Shown: positions 10,530-20,997, counted from the first letter of the stretch. The stretch is DNA of 64,000 nucleotides from Arcobacteraceae bacterium (GCA_048268245.1 JBLWVX010000003.1:94530-158529), one strand, 5' to 3'. Translations and numbers: made by a program. Notes: a model not told the origin generated them from the letters alone.

Positions 10530-11691
10530 TTTCTAGCCTTTTGAAGCCTTCATTTATTTCTTCTTTTGAAATCGTTAAAACAGGTAACATTCTAAGTGTA
10601 TTTTTTCCAGCTCTTAAAATTAATAAACCTTCATTAAATGATTCTTTGATTATTGCTGCTAATGTATCTGCATCTTTTACTCTAAGTCCTCTCATTAATC
10701 CAAGTCCCACGCTATCACTAAATACATCTTTATTTGCTTCATAAACTTTGTTTAACTTGTCTTGGAAATATATTATTGTTTCATCTAGTTTTCCAGAATC
10801 TTTGTAAGTATCTAAAATCTCTAAAACTTTCAGTGATGCAGCTGTACTTAAATAGTTTCCTCCAAAAGTAGAACCATGATCACCATATGTAAATAAGTCT
10901 TTATGTGTTGTAATAACTGCTCCAATTGGAACACCACCACCTAGGCCTTTTGCCATAGTAATAATATCTGGTTCAATTTCATAAAGGTTAGTAGCTAAAA
11001 ATTCACCAGTTCTGTATGCACCTGTTTGTACTTCATCAATTATAAGTAAAATATCTTTTTGTTTTAAGTATTTTGCTAGTTTTTGAATCTCTTCTTTATC
11101 AAAAGGTTGAACTCCACCTTCACCTTGAACAAGTTCAATCATAACAGCAACTGTTTGCTCATCAATTGAGTTATAAATGTCTTCAATTTTATTATCATAT
11201 GAAAAACCATCTGGATAAGGTGAAAAGTTAGGTGAATGCATAGAGCTTTGACCTGTAGCTTTTACCGTAGTAATTGTTCTACCATGGAAAGAGTGCTCTA
11301 AAGTAATAACCTTATATCTTTTGTTTTCAAATTTAGTTTCACCATACTTTCTAGCAAGTTTAATAGCTCCCTCGTTCGCTTCAGCACCACTATTTGCGAA
11401 AAATGTTGCAACATCCATACCTGAAAGTTTTGCAATTTTTTCACCTAATTTTGCTTGTGGTTCAATAGCATAAAGGTTTGATATATGTGTAATATTACTT
11501 ACTTGATTATAAATAGCATCTGCTACTTCTTTATTACCATGTCCAACAGAAACTACTCCAATACCTGATGTGAAATCTATATAATCTTTATTGTTTTCAT
11601 CAAATAAAGTTGCATTTATACCTTTTTTGAAGTTTACATAGTTTCTTGCATAAGTTTGAAGTACATAATCTTTATCTAATTGTTCTAACAT
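10507..11691 (-). CDS. argD: Acetylornithine aminotransferase
   Basis: NSGAEANE, SFHGRT, IDEVQTG, MAKGLGGG, HGSTFGGN. Confidence 0.93.
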   Translation of the reverse strand: MLEQLDKDYVLQTYARNYVNFKKGINATLFDENNKDYIDFTSGIGVVSVGHGNKEVADAIYNQVSNITHISNLYAIEPQAKLGEKIAKLSGMDVATFFANSGAEANEGAIKLARKYGETKFENKRYKVITLEHSFHGRTITTVKATGQSSMHSPNFSPYPDGFSYDNKIEDIYNSIDEQTVAVMIELVQGEGGVQPFDKEEIQKLAKYLKQKDILLIIDEVQTGAYRTGEFLATNLYEIEPDIITMAKGLGGGVPIGAVITTHKDLFTYGDHGSTFGGNYLSTAASLKVLEILDTYKDSGKLDETIIYFQDKLNKVYEANKDVFSDSVGLGLMRGLRVKDADTLAAIIKESFNEGLLILRAGKNTLRMLPVLTISKEEINEGFKRLENALSKIK

Positions 11692-11831
11692 TTCTTTTCC
11701 TAAATACTTTATAAATTAAAAAAGATTATATCTAAAAAATTTAAACCATATATTAACAACTGTTTTTTGAGAAGTTGTTTTTTCTTTAAACTCATTTTGG
11801 GTAAAATAAAAACTAAAATTAAAGGGAAAAA

Positions 11832-12710
11832 ATGCAGCATTTGATTAGAACTTCAGATTTTTCTAAAGAAGAGATAATTAGTTTATTTGACGACGCAAGA
11901 GAGTTTTTAAAGTTTGAATATAATGAGGTTTTAAAAGGGAAGATTATAGTTACTCTATTTTTTGAGAACTCAACTAGAACAAGAAGTTCTTTTGAAATAG
12001 CAGCTAAAAGACTTGGTGCTGAGGTAGTATCACTTGATGTTGGAACTTCATCAACTTCAAAAGGCGAGACTATTTTTGATACAGTTGCAAATATAAATGC
12101 AATGAAACCTGATGCATTAATCATCAGACATTCAGAGTGTGGATTACCTGACAAACTTAAAGACTTTGTTGAATGTCCTATCTTAAATGCAGGTGATGGA
12201 AAACACGCTCACCCAACACAAGCACTACTTGATATGTTTACAATATATGAACATTTTGAAGGTCAAACTGATGGTAAGAAAATAGCTATTGTTGGTGATG
12301 TAAGAACTTCAAGAGTTGCTGGTTCAAACAAAAGATTATTACCTAAATTTGGAATTGATGTATCTTTTGTATCTCCTGAGTGTTTTAGATATGAAGGTGA
12401 TGATTTTAAAACTTATACAAGTTTAAATGATGTGATTGATGATGTTGATATTATTATGAGTTTGAGAACTCAACTTGAAAGACATAATCAAGTATATTTT
12501 GAGTCATTAAATGAATATGCAAAAGACTTTTGTATTACAAGTGAAGTAATGGGAGATAGAGATATTTTATTATTACACCCTGGTCCTGTAAATAGAAACG
12601 TTGATATCTCAGATGAAATGCTAAAAGACCCTAGAAATAAAGTATTAGAACAAGTTACAAATGGTGTTGCTATTAGAATGGCTGCACTTAAAAAACTAGT
12701 TTTACAATAA
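11832..12710 (+). CDS. pyrB: Aspartate carbamoyltransferase catalytic subunit
   Basis: FFENSTRT, HPTQALLD, HPGP. Confidence 0.97.
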   Translation: MQHLIRTSDFSKEEIISLFDDAREFLKFEYNEVLKGKIIVTLFFENSTRTRSSFEIAAKRLGAEVVSLDVGTSSTSKGETIFDTVANINAMKPDALIIRHSECGLPDKLKDFVECPILNAGDGKHAHPTQALLDMFTIYEHFEGQTDGKKIAIVGDVRTSRVAGSNKRLLPKFGIDVSFVSPECFRYEGDDFKTYTSLNDVIDDVDIIMSLRTQLERHNQVYFESLNEYAKDFCITSEVMGDRDILLLHPGPVNRNVDISDEMLKDPRNKVLEQVTNGVAIRMAALKKLVLQ

Positions 12711-12719
12711 AAATACAAA

Positions 12720-13685
12720 TTGAACAAACAATTTATAGAAGAACAACTAAATAAGTATGGCTCGTCAAACGAGCCATTTTTTTTCATAATATCTTATGAT
12801 TTCACAAAATTTTATGTGGAAAAACTATCAAACCTACCTGAAAATATAAAGTTTGAAATTAACCAAAAAACAAGCTCTAAAAATAAACACAAAACTACGG
12901 TTGATAAATCTCCTATTTCTTTTAGAGAATACAAAAAAAAGTTTGACTTTTTGCAAGAACAAATAAAAGAAGGAAATACTTACCTTTTAAATCTAACAGC
13001 AAAAACTCAAATAAAAACTAAATATTCTCTTGATGAAGTATATGAAAAAGTTAATGCAAAATTTAAATTAAGATATAAAAAAGATGATGATAATTTTGTA
13101 TGTTTTTCACCTGAAAGATTTGTAGAAATTAAAAAAAACAAAATTTATACCTATCCTATGAAAGGTACTATTGATGCTAAAATAATAAATGCTTCTGCAA
13201 AAATCTTAGGCGATGTAAAAGAAATGGCTGAACATACAATGGTTGTTGATTTGCTTAGAAATGATTTGGGAATAGTCTCTTCAAAAGTGAGAGTTGATAA
13301 GTTTAGATATATTGATAAAATAAATGCAGGTGAGAAAAAACTACTTCAAGTTAGTTCAAAAATTTCAGGACACTTAGAACATAATTGGAATGAAAAAATT
13401 GGAACAATTTTAACAAAAATGCTCCCAGCAGGTTCTATTACTGGTACTCCAAAGAAAAAAACTGTTGAATTATTAGAACAAATAGAAGAATATAATCGTG
13501 ATTTTTATACTGGAATATTTGGTGTTTATGATGGGGTGTCTTTGGATTCAGCTGTAATGATTAGATTTATTGAAGAAGATGAAAATAAAAACCATTTTTA
13601 TAAAAGTGGAGGGGGAATCACTTGTGATTCTGAGGTTAATGCAGAGTATCAAGAGCTCTTAGATAAAATTTACTTACCTTTTTAA
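12720..13685 (+). CDS. pabB: Aminodeoxychorismate synthase component I
   Basis: SPERF, PMKGT, EHTMVVDLLRNDL, PAGSITGTPK, SGGGIT. Confidence 0.9.
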   Translation: MNKQFIEEQLNKYGSSNEPFFFIISYDFTKFYVEKLSNLPENIKFEINQKTSSKNKHKTTVDKSPISFREYKKKFDFLQEQIKEGNTYLLNLTAKTQIKTKYSLDEVYEKVNAKFKLRYKKDDDNFVCFSPERFVEIKKNKIYTYPMKGTIDAKIINASAKILGDVKEMAEHTMVVDLLRNDLGIVSSKVRVDKFRYIDKINAGEKKLLQVSSKISGHLEHNWNEKIGTILTKMLPAGSITGTPKKKTVELLEQIEEYNRDFYTGIFGVYDGVSLDSAVMIRFIEEDENKNHFYKSGGGITCDSEVNAEYQELLDKIYLPF

Positions 13686-13754
13686 ACTTGTAACTTTAAT
13701 GTAATCAAATAACTTTATTATTCTACGAAATATTTTAAGTAGGATAGTTTAAAA

Positions 13755-14780
13755 ATGAAAAAAGCAAATACAGTTTTTATTATAGAGTATCAAAAGGGAA
13801 GTGATAAAGGATTTGATGGTTTTAGACCAGATACAAAACCAATTTTAAGAGCCATTGAAGAAGAAACATCTTTCAAAACTGAAATTGTATTTTTTAAACC
13901 TAACAAAAAGTATCAATTATTAGAGTATTTAAAAGAGAATGCACATGCTGTTATTTCAAGAATCAACCCAGGTAATTTAAAACAAGTTGATGAGTATTTT
14001 CAGTTCTTAAAAGCATTAGGAGATAGTGGAGTTGAAATTCATACTCATCCTGATGTTATGATAAACCTTGATTTTAAAGATATTCTAGCAAAATTAAAGG
14101 GTACTGTCTTAGGTGATGATGAGTCTTATTTTTATCACAATTTTTCAGATTTTGCTTCAAAATTTCCAATAGATTTAAAAAAACATGGAATTAGAGTTTT
14201 AAAAACAAATTATGGTTCAACAGGAGAGGGTGTTTATCTTGTAAGACAACAAGATGATGGCTCTATTATTTCAACGGAAGCTGTAAATAATGAGAAGTTC
14301 TTCTTTGATGACATTCATGAGTTTATTTCAAAATTTGAGAAAAACTTTGAAGACGATAGTGAATATGCTGAATATTTTCAAGGAAAAGTTGGTTTTGTTG
14401 GGTGTAGGTATTTAGAGAGAATTAATGAAGGCGAAATTAGAGTTTTATTAGTAAATAATAAACCAATTTCAGTAGTTCATAAAAAACCACAAGAAGGACA
14501 GTTCTCAGCTACACTTTTTTCAGGTGCAAAATATAAGTATGAATCACCAGATGAACCTAAATGGAAAGATGTTATTGATTTAACTACAGAAGGCTTAAAA
14601 GTTTTAAAGCCATATTTAAGAGGTCAAAACTATCCATTACTTTGGACTATGGATTATATTTTAGATTATAATGAGGATGGGTCTGATAAGTATGTATTAT
14701 CAGAGATTAATTGTTCATGTGTTGGAATTACAAGTGAACTTCAATATGCAAAAGATGTAGCCCAAGTTTTTGTAAGATAA
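13755..14780 (+). CDS. Cj0069-family ATP-grasp protein
   Basis: SRINPG, VLKTNYGSTGEGV, GEIRV, WTMDYIL, LSEINCSCVG. Confidence 0.8.
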   Translation: MKKANTVFIIEYQKGSDKGFDGFRPDTKPILRAIEEETSFKTEIVFFKPNKKYQLLEYLKENAHAVISRINPGNLKQVDEYFQFLKALGDSGVEIHTHPDVMINLDFKDILAKLKGTVLGDDESYFYHNFSDFASKFPIDLKKHGIRVLKTNYGSTGEGVYLVRQQDDGSIISTEAVNNEKFFFDDIHEFISKFEKNFEDDSEYAEYFQGKVGFVGCRYLERINEGEIRVLLVNNKPISVVHKKPQEGQFSATLFSGAKYKYESPDEPKWKDVIDLTTEGLKVLKPYLRGQNYPLLWTMDYILDYNEDGSDKYVLSEINCSCVGITSELQYAKDVAQVFVR

Positions 14781-14801
14781 AAGAAGCCATTAGGCTTCTT
14801 T
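14780..14801. terminator. Hairpin between convergent genes
   Basis: aaagaagcc-atta-ggcttcttt. Confidence 0.55.
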
Positions 14802-15566
14802 GCTCCAAAGTTTTAAAAAGTTGATTATGTCATCTTTAACATAGATATTTGTTGTAATATCATGTTTTGTTTGAGGTAAAATTATAACTTTTGCATTTTT
14901 ATATTTTCTAAGAGCTTTTGTACAATGACCATCAACTTCATGCTCTTTAGTAGCACTTGCGTCATTTGAAAAGTACTCATCATGTGTTCCAATGATATTT
15001 AAAAATGGTTCATATTTATTAGCACCTATTTCAAAGTTTTTTGAATAGTATGAGTTTTCACAAGAATAAGCTGTTACAATTCTTCCTTTAAACTCTTTAC
15101 CTTTAAAAGAAGCAGCAGCCAACCCACCTTCTGAATTGCCCATTAGAAAGATATTGTTTACATCTATAAAACTTATGTTTTGAAGTTTTTGAAGATTATA
15201 GTGTATCTCTGCTTGTCTAAATTTATGTACTTTTTCATAGTTTTTTAATTTTGTTGGTGTTTCATATGTTGGTCTATTTTTTACTTTAAAAGAGTTAGGG
15301 CAAAAGAAAATAAAGTTTGTATTTTCAACTATCCATTTTCTATAAATTACTCCTTTATTTAAACCAGCAGAGCCATGTAAAAATAAAACAGTTGGTATTT
15401 TATTAGAAGCTTTAAAGTTGGGGTATAATTTTTTAAACTTTTGAAGTGTACCAAAATAGTGTTCTTTTAAGCCTCCAAAACCTTTTGGTATTCCTATATA
15501 TGCATATTTATAAGTATTATCAAAGTCTTTATATTTATCAATAATTTTTTGGTATTTTTTTTGCAT
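14790..15566 (-). CDS. Alpha/beta hydrolase (dienelactone hydrolase-like)
   Basis: FLHGSAG, nucleophile elbow GNSEGG, later Asp and His. Confidence 0.75.
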   Translation of the reverse strand: MQKKYQKIIDKYKDFDNTYKYAYIGIPKGFGGLKEHYFGTLQKFKKLYPNFKASNKIPTVLFLHGSAGLNKGVIYRKWIVENTNFIFFCPNSFKVKNRPTYETPTKLKNYEKVHKFRQAEIHYNLQKLQNISFIDVNNIFLMGNSEGGLAAASFKGKEFKGRIVTAYSCENSYYSKNFEIGANKYEPFLNIIGTHDEYFSNDASATKEHEVDGHCTKALRKYKNAKVIILPQTKHDITTNIYVKDDIINFLKLWSKEA

Positions 15567-15613
15567 GAGAAGCCTTAAAATAAAGTTTTGATATTATATC
15601 TTTTAAATTTAAA

Positions 15614-16195
15614 TTGACTATAAAAGAAGAAAAAGTGTATTTTGAAACTATAAAATGTGATGACTATGAAGTTTTTAATTTAGAATATCATCAAAAACGA
15701 ATTGCAAAAACAGTAGGTTTGAACATAAACTTAAGTGAGTATGTGTATCCTATTTCAAATAAACTATTAAGATGTAAACTTATATATGATGAGACAGGAA
15801 TTCAAGAGGTAAATTATTTCGAGTATAAAAAAAGAGATATAAAAACCTTTAAATTAGTTTATGATGAAAATATAGAGTATTCAAAAAAGTATTTAGATAG
15901 AGGAAATCTAGATGAACTTTATGCTAAAAAAGAAGATTGTGATGATATCATTATCATAAAAGATGGGCTTTTATTAGACACCTCAATAGCAAATATTGCA
16001 ATTTTTTATGAAAATAGATGGCTAACACCTACTAAACCTTTACTTGAGGGTACAACAAGAGCTAGACTTATTAAACATGGGCAGATAATAGAAAAAGATA
16101 TCAGTGTTCAGATGTTAAAAAAGTGTGAAAAGTTTGCTTTAATGAATGCAATGATAGGATTTGATGAGATAGAGAACTACTCATTTTTTTCATAA
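15614..16195 (+). CDS. pabC: Class IV aminotransferase-like protein, probable 4-amino-4-deoxychorismate lyase
   Basis: FETIK, H.KR, DTSIANI, PLLEGTTR; close to pabB. Confidence 0.75.
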   Translation: MTIKEEKVYFETIKCDDYEVFNLEYHQKRIAKTVGLNINLSEYVYPISNKLLRCKLIYDETGIQEVNYFEYKKRDIKTFKLVYDENIEYSKKYLDRGNLDELYAKKEDCDDIIIIKDGLLLDTSIANIAIFYENRWLTPTKPLLEGTTRARLIKHGQIIEKDISVQMLKKCEKFALMNAMIGFDEIENYSFFS

Positions 16196-16818
16196 ACTCT
16201 ATGAAGTAGCTTTTCCCATTTATTTTCTTTCCCCCAGTTGATTTTTACTTTTTTTGTAAAACCATCTTTTGTAAATTTATAAGAATCAATTTCATTAAAA
16301 GCAAATTTTGGAATAAGCTTTTTTCTTTTATTAAAAGGAATAACTTTAAAACTTAGATTATCCAAAACTAAAGGACTTTTCTTCTTATCTTCTACATAAA
16401 GTAAAACCATATGATAGTCTCGTTCACCTTTTACTTTTACAACTGCAAAATATAGATTTTTCTTTTTAATACCAAGTTCTAGTAGTGTGAAATATTTACT
16501 TATAACATAATCTTCACAATCCCCATGACCTTGTATTAGAAACTCTTTAGGTGTTGCCCAATAATCAATTGATGAATTTGCTTTAATATCATGTTGTGGT
16601 AGAATTTTATTAAAGAAAGCATTTATATGTGAAAGTTTTCTAATTAAAGTATAATCCACAACTTTTTCTTTTAAAGCTTTATACTTTTTTAGTCTATTTA
16701 CTATTAATGATTGTTTTTTTGATTGTTGAATATATTTAATATCATTTTTATTTAGCTTAAACTCATAGGCAAAAGTAATATTGTAAAGTATTAAAATAAG
16801 CAAAAATATTCGTTTCAT
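16177..16818 (-). CDS. Transglutaminase-like cysteine peptidase (BTLCP/LapG-like)
   Basis: Signal peptide, DYWATPKEFL, GDCEDY, HMVL, VLDNL. Confidence 0.88.
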   Translation of the reverse strand: MKRIFLLILILYNITFAYEFKLNKNDIKYIQQSKKQSLIVNRLKKYKALKEKVVDYTLIRKLSHINAFFNKILPQHDIKANSSIDYWATPKEFLIQGHGDCEDYVISKYFTLLELGIKKKNLYFAVVKVKGERDYHMVLLYVEDKKKSPLVLDNLSFKVIPFNKRKKLIPKFAFNEIDSYKFTKDGFTKKVKINWGKENKWEKLLHRVYEKNE

Positions 16819-16845
16819 AGGTTATAATACCACTAAATTTTTGAA

Positions 16846-17298
16846 ATGGATATTAATAATATGATAAATAATATAATAGAAGATCTAAATTATAAAAACT
16901 TAGTAAAAAAGCAAGTGTTTGAAACAATAGAGTTTCTTTTAGAAAAAGATCAAGAGTTTTCAATAACAGCAAATATTGAACCAATAGAGTTTACTCCTGC
17001 TTTACCAAATGCTATTAAAGAGCAACTTCAAAAGTTTTCACTTTTTATATTGAGTAACTATACTTATACAACTATTGAAATGACTGAAGATTACTTAAGT
17101 TTTGAAGCAGGTTTTGGAAGTGAAAATTTTGGAGCTGTAGTAAAAGTACCTTTACATAGTGTATTTCAAATTGTAGTTGATGAATCGATTTTATATATAA
17201 ACTCTGTAGCAACAGTAGATAAGTTTAATAAAGACCCAAAAGAAAAATCAATGAATATTTTCAAAAACAATCCAAATAATAAAAAGTTTGATAAGTAG
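16846..17298 (+). CDS. Hypothetical protein, possible SspB-like fold
   Basis: 150-aa ORF; LSFEAGFG...VKVPLHSVFQI resembles the SspB beta-core. Confidence 0.6.
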   Translation: MDINNMINNIIEDLNYKNLVKKQVFETIEFLLEKDQEFSITANIEPIEFTPALPNAIKEQLQKFSLFILSNYTYTTIEMTEDYLSFEAGFGSENFGAVVKVPLHSVFQIVVDESILYINSVATVDKFNKDPKEKSMNIFKNNPNNKKFDK

Positions 17299-17307
17299 GT
17301 ATAGGTA

Positions 17308-17991
17308 TTGAAGTATGAAAAAGAGATAAAAACTGCATTTAAAGTATCAATACCTGTTATGATGGGATATGCAGTTTTAGGTTTTGCTTTTGGTTTACTT
17401 TTAGTTTCATTTGATTACCCTTGGTATTTAGCACCTATAATGTCACTTTTTATTTATGCAGGAGCATTACAGTTTGTTGCAATAAACTTTTTTAATGCTA
17501 AAGCAGGTTTTGTTGATATTGCAATAGCTACATGGTTTATAAATATTAGACAATCTTTTTATGGCTTATCTTTACTGAAAAGGTTTAAAAAAACTGGAAA
17601 ACTAAAACCATATTTGATCTTTGGTCTAACTGATGAAACTTATGCACTTTTAACAACAATAAAAGATGATGAACAATTAAAAAAAAGATGGTACTACTTC
17701 TTTTTAACAGCATTTAATCAATCCTATTGGTTTATAGGATGTACATTAGGAGCTATAATAGGCTCTAATATTAAATTTAATACAGCAGGTTTAGAGTTTT
17801 CCTTAACTGCACTTTTTGTAGTTTTATGTATAGAGCAGTATAAAAATTTACAAAATACTATGCCTTTTATAGTTGGAGCTATAGCTTCATTATTTTCACT
17901 TGTTTTTGTACCGAGTGATAAAATGCTAATTGTCTCAATTATAGTAGCACTTATATTAATGTTTACGTTTAGAAGAAAGATAGAACAATGA
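17308..17991 (+). CDS. azlC: AzlC-family branched-chain amino acid exporter subunit
   Basis: YAGALQF, NIRQSFYG, LTDETYA, FSLTALF. Confidence 0.9.
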   Translation: MKYEKEIKTAFKVSIPVMMGYAVLGFAFGLLLVSFDYPWYLAPIMSLFIYAGALQFVAINFFNAKAGFVDIAIATWFINIRQSFYGLSLLKRFKKTGKLKPYLIFGLTDETYALLTTIKDDEQLKKRWYYFFLTAFNQSYWFIGCTLGAIIGSNIKFNTAGLEFSLTALFVVLCIEQYKNLQNTMPFIVGAIASLFSLVFVPSDKMLIVSIIVALILMFTFRRKIEQ

Positions 17992-18308
17992 GTGGTATTG
18001 AAATATATATAGCAATTGCTATTATGGCAGTAGTTAATTTTTTTACTAGGGTGTTTCCTTTTTTATTTTTTAGAAAAAATGAACTTCCTTCATATGTAGT
18101 TTTTATTGAGAGATTTTTTCCTGCAGTTATTATGACTATATTGATAGTCTATTCTATAAAAGATATAGATTTTTCACTTGCTCCATATGGTATAAAAGAG
18201 ATTGGAGGGATTTTATTTACAGCTATTTTACATATTGTATTTAAAAACTATCTAGTTTCTATTTTTTCAGGAACAATATTTTATATGGTTTTAGTACAGT
18301 ACTTATAG
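17988..18308 (+). CDS. azlD: AzlD-family exporter subunit
   Basis: TRVFPF motif; translationally coupled to azlC. Confidence 0.87.
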   Translation: MSGIEIYIAIAIMAVVNFFTRVFPFLFFRKNELPSYVVFIERFFPAVIMTILIVYSIKDIDFSLAPYGIKEIGGILFTAILHIVFKNYLVSIFSGTIFYMVLVQYL

Positions 18309-18367
18309 TACTAGGGCTTTTTTGTAGTTTATGTGGAGTTTTGAATAAATAAGTAAGTATTTGGTAT

Positions 18368-18403
18368 AAAATAAATAAAAGGCTTAAGCCTTTTATTTAT
18401 TTT
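18368..18403. terminator. 36-bp perfect palindrome, bidirectional terminator between azlD and fabH
   Basis: aaaataaataaaaggctt|aagccttttatttatttt. Confidence 0.7.
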
Positions 18404-19395
18404 TTTGGTGCAAATGGGAAATAAGCACTTCCCCAAGTAAGTCCTGCTCCAAAGGCATCAAATAGGATATTATCACCTTTTTTGATTTTTCCTTGCTCAT
18501 AAGCATAGTTCATAGCCATTGGAATTGATGCTGCTGATGTATTACCATATTTGTCTACAGTAATTACTGTCTGTTCATTATTTAATCCTAAAGCTTTTCC
18601 AACTGCACTTATAATTCTGTAGTTTGCTTGATGAGGAATAAAATGATCAATGTCATCATTTTTAATATTGTGTTTTTTCATCATTACTTCAACATCTGCT
18701 GTTAAAGTTTTAACTGCTAGTTTGAAAGTTTCATTTCCTTTCATTCTAATACACGCCATTTTTTGCTCAACTACTTCTTGTGAACATGGATGTTTACTTC
18801 CTCCACCTGGAGTTTTGATTAAATCATCATAGTTTCCATCACTTGAACAATTAACATCAACGATTGCTTCACTTTTGTCATCTGTTGCTGATATAACTGC
18901 AGCTCCTGCTCCATCTCCAAAGATAAAACAAGTACCTCTATCAGTGTAATCTAAAATTGATGTATATGTTTCTGCACCTATTATTAGTACATTTTTCTTC
19001 ATTCCTGATTCAATAAATGCTTTTGCTATAGATACTGCATATACAAATCCAGTACACGCTGCACTAATATCAAAAGCTTGAACAGGAGGTAAATCTAATT
19101 TTGATGCGATTAAACAAGCCGTAGAAGGCATACATAAATAATCTGGAGTTACAGTAGCACAAACAACCATATCGATGTCTTCTTTTGCAATTCCTGCTCT
19201 TTCAATAGCAACTTCCGCTGCTTTTGCTCCTAAATCAGATGAAGCTTCATTTTCTTCAGAAATTCTTCTCTCTTTAATACCAGTTCTTTTTGTAATCCAC
19301 TCATCACTAGTATCAATAATTTTTTCAAAATCTGCATTTGTCATAATCTTTGGAGGAATATATGCTCCAATAGATCTAAAAGCTGCATATGCCAT
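18397..19395 (-). CDS. fabH: Beta-ketoacyl-ACP synthase III
   Basis: DTSDEWI..RTGI, AACTGF, PHQAN, GNTSAAS. Confidence 0.97.
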   Translation of the reverse strand: MAYAAFRSIGAYIPPKIMTNADFEKIIDTSDEWITKRTGIKERRISEENEASSDLGAKAAEVAIERAGIAKEDIDMVVCATVTPDYLCMPSTACLIASKLDLPPVQAFDISAACTGFVYAVSIAKAFIESGMKKNVLIIGAETYTSILDYTDRGTCFIFGDGAGAAVISATDDKSEAIVDVNCSSDGNYDDLIKTPGGGSKHPCSQEVVEQKMACIRMKGNETFKLAVKTLTADVEVMMKKHNIKNDDIDHFIPHQANYRIISAVGKALGLNNEQTVITVDKYGNTSAASIPMAMNYAYEQGKIKKGDNILFDAFGAGLTWGSAYFPFAPKK

Positions 19396-19435
19396 TTACA
19401 TATCCTTAAATAAAAGTATAACTATTATATCTAAA

Positions 19436-20428
19436 TTAATTGCTATACTGTGATAATCTCTCTTCAATATGACTATTTAAGTTTGAGCTAGCTGCATTGA
19501 TAGCTTGGAATATTGCATTTTGAATTGCTTTTGGATTTGATTTTCCATGAGCAATAATTACAGGTGCTTTTACACCAAGTAAAGGTGCACCACCATATTC
19601 CGCATAGTCAACTCTAACTTTTAAGTTTTTAAATACTTTTCTCATTAGAACTGCACCAGCTATTGAAATTAGAGATCTTTTTAAATTCTTTTTGATGATT
19701 TGTCCGATTGTATCTGCAACACCTTCGGCTGTTTTAAGTAAGATATTTCCTACAAAACCATCACAAACAACAACATCAACTGTTCCTTTGAAGATATCAC
19801 TACCTTCTACATTACCTGCGAAATTTGGAACTTTTGATATAAGTTTATAAGCTTCTTTAGTAACTTCATTACCTTTGCTTTCTTCTTCGCCATTAGATAG
19901 TAAACCAACAATTGGTTCATCAAGTTGTAATACATCTTGTGCATAAACTTGTCCCATAACAGCAAATTCGAATAAGTTTTTTGCATCACTATCAACATTA
20001 GCTCCAACATCTAATACTAAAGTATTTTGGTTTTCACTAGTTGGCATAAGTGTTGCTATAGCAGGTCTTGATACACCTTTTATTCTTCCGATTCTAAGTG
20101 TTGCTAAAGACATTGAGGCACCTGAGTGTCCAGCAGAAACAACAGCATCAGCTTTTTGGTCTCTTACTAATTCAATAGCTTTATAAATTGTAGAATCTTT
20201 TCTTTTAAGTGCATCTGTAGCAGAGTCGTGCATACTAATTACATCATCTGTATCTAATATCTCAACTCTTGATTGAAATTGTTTTGGTAATAAAGCTTCA
20301 ATTTCATCTTTCTTACCAACTGCAACTGCAGTGAAGTTATTATTTTGTTTTAAAGCTGCAACAAGGCCTTGAATAATAGGTTCAGGACCGAAGTCCCCAC
20401 CCATTGCATCTATTGCGATCTTCAACAT
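19436..20428 (-). CDS. plsX: Phosphate acyltransferase PlsX
   Basis: [36 protein letters not shown]. Confidence 0.97.
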   Translation of the reverse strand: MLKIAIDAMGGDFGPEPIIQGLVAALKQNNNFTAVAVGKKDEIEALLPKQFQSRVEILDTDDVISMHDSATDALKRKDSTIYKAIELVRDQKADAVVSAGHSGASMSLATLRIGRIKGVSRPAIATLMPTSENQNTLVLDVGANVDSDAKNLFEFAVMGQVYAQDVLQLDEPIVGLLSNGEEESKGNEVTKEAYKLISKVPNFAGNVEGSDIFKGTVDVVVCDGFVGNILLKTAEGVADTIGQIIKKNLKRSLISIAGAVLMRKVFKNLKVRVDYAEYGGAPLLGVKAPVIIAHGKSNPKAIQNAIFQAINAASSNLNSHIEERLSQYSN

Positions 20429-20580
20429 TAGCTTTTGTATTCACCAGTGTTTGGGTTAACCGAATGAGGCATTTTCCAAGATCCATCACTATCTTTAACT
20501 GGTTTTTTTAAAGTTATTTTGTAGTGAGTTCTTCTTTTCGCTGCTCTAGTATGAGATACTCTTCTCTTTGGTACTGCCAT
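20428..20580 (-). CDS. rpmF: 50S ribosomal protein L32 (form without zinc-binding Cys)
   Basis: [12 protein letters not shown]; start moved to 20580 with AGGAG RBS. Confidence 0.96.
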   Translation of the reverse strand: MAVPKRRVSHTRAAKRRTHYKITLKKPVKDSDGSWKMPHSVNPNTGEYKS

Positions 20581-20590
20581 TTTTTTCTCC

Positions 20591-20971
20591 TTAAAATTCT
20601 TTTTGAAATTCACTATCATCATGTGAACAGTTTTCACATAGATAGTAATCACTTTTAATTGATTCTAATTCACTTTGAATTATCTCATCAAAGTCAATTG
20701 TATTATTGTCTATTTCAATTACTAAATCTTCCGATTCAGAATCTTCTTTATAAATACCATCACTTAATAAAAACTTTGCATCTTCATTTAAAGTAATAGT
20801 ATCTGTGATACCACATCTGCAACAATCGATTTGTGTATTACCTTTTAATACTGCATCGATTTTTACTAACGATTGCGATATTTTACAAAAAGTACCTTCA
20901 ATTTCTACTGAATTGAGTGAAGCACTGAATTCACTAGGGTTTTGAGGTACTTTCTTAAATTCTATTTTCAT
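20591..20971 (-). CDS. YceD/DUF177-like protein
   Basis: CCRC and CENC motifs, upstream of rpmF. Confidence 0.8.
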   Translation of the reverse strand: MKIEFKKVPQNPSEFSASLNSVEIEGTFCKISQSLVKIDAVLKGNTQIDCCRCGITDTITLNEDAKFLLSDGIYKEDSESEDLVIEIDNNTIDFDEIIQSELESIKSDYYLCENCSHDDSEFQKEF

Positions 20972-20997
20972 GTTAAATTATAAAATTTACTTATTGA

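Noticed and set aside
20428..20580. L32 lacking zinc-binding cysteines as a zinc-starvation paralog
   Set aside because: It sits in the canonical yceD-rpmF-plsX-fabH operon, so it is the primary copy
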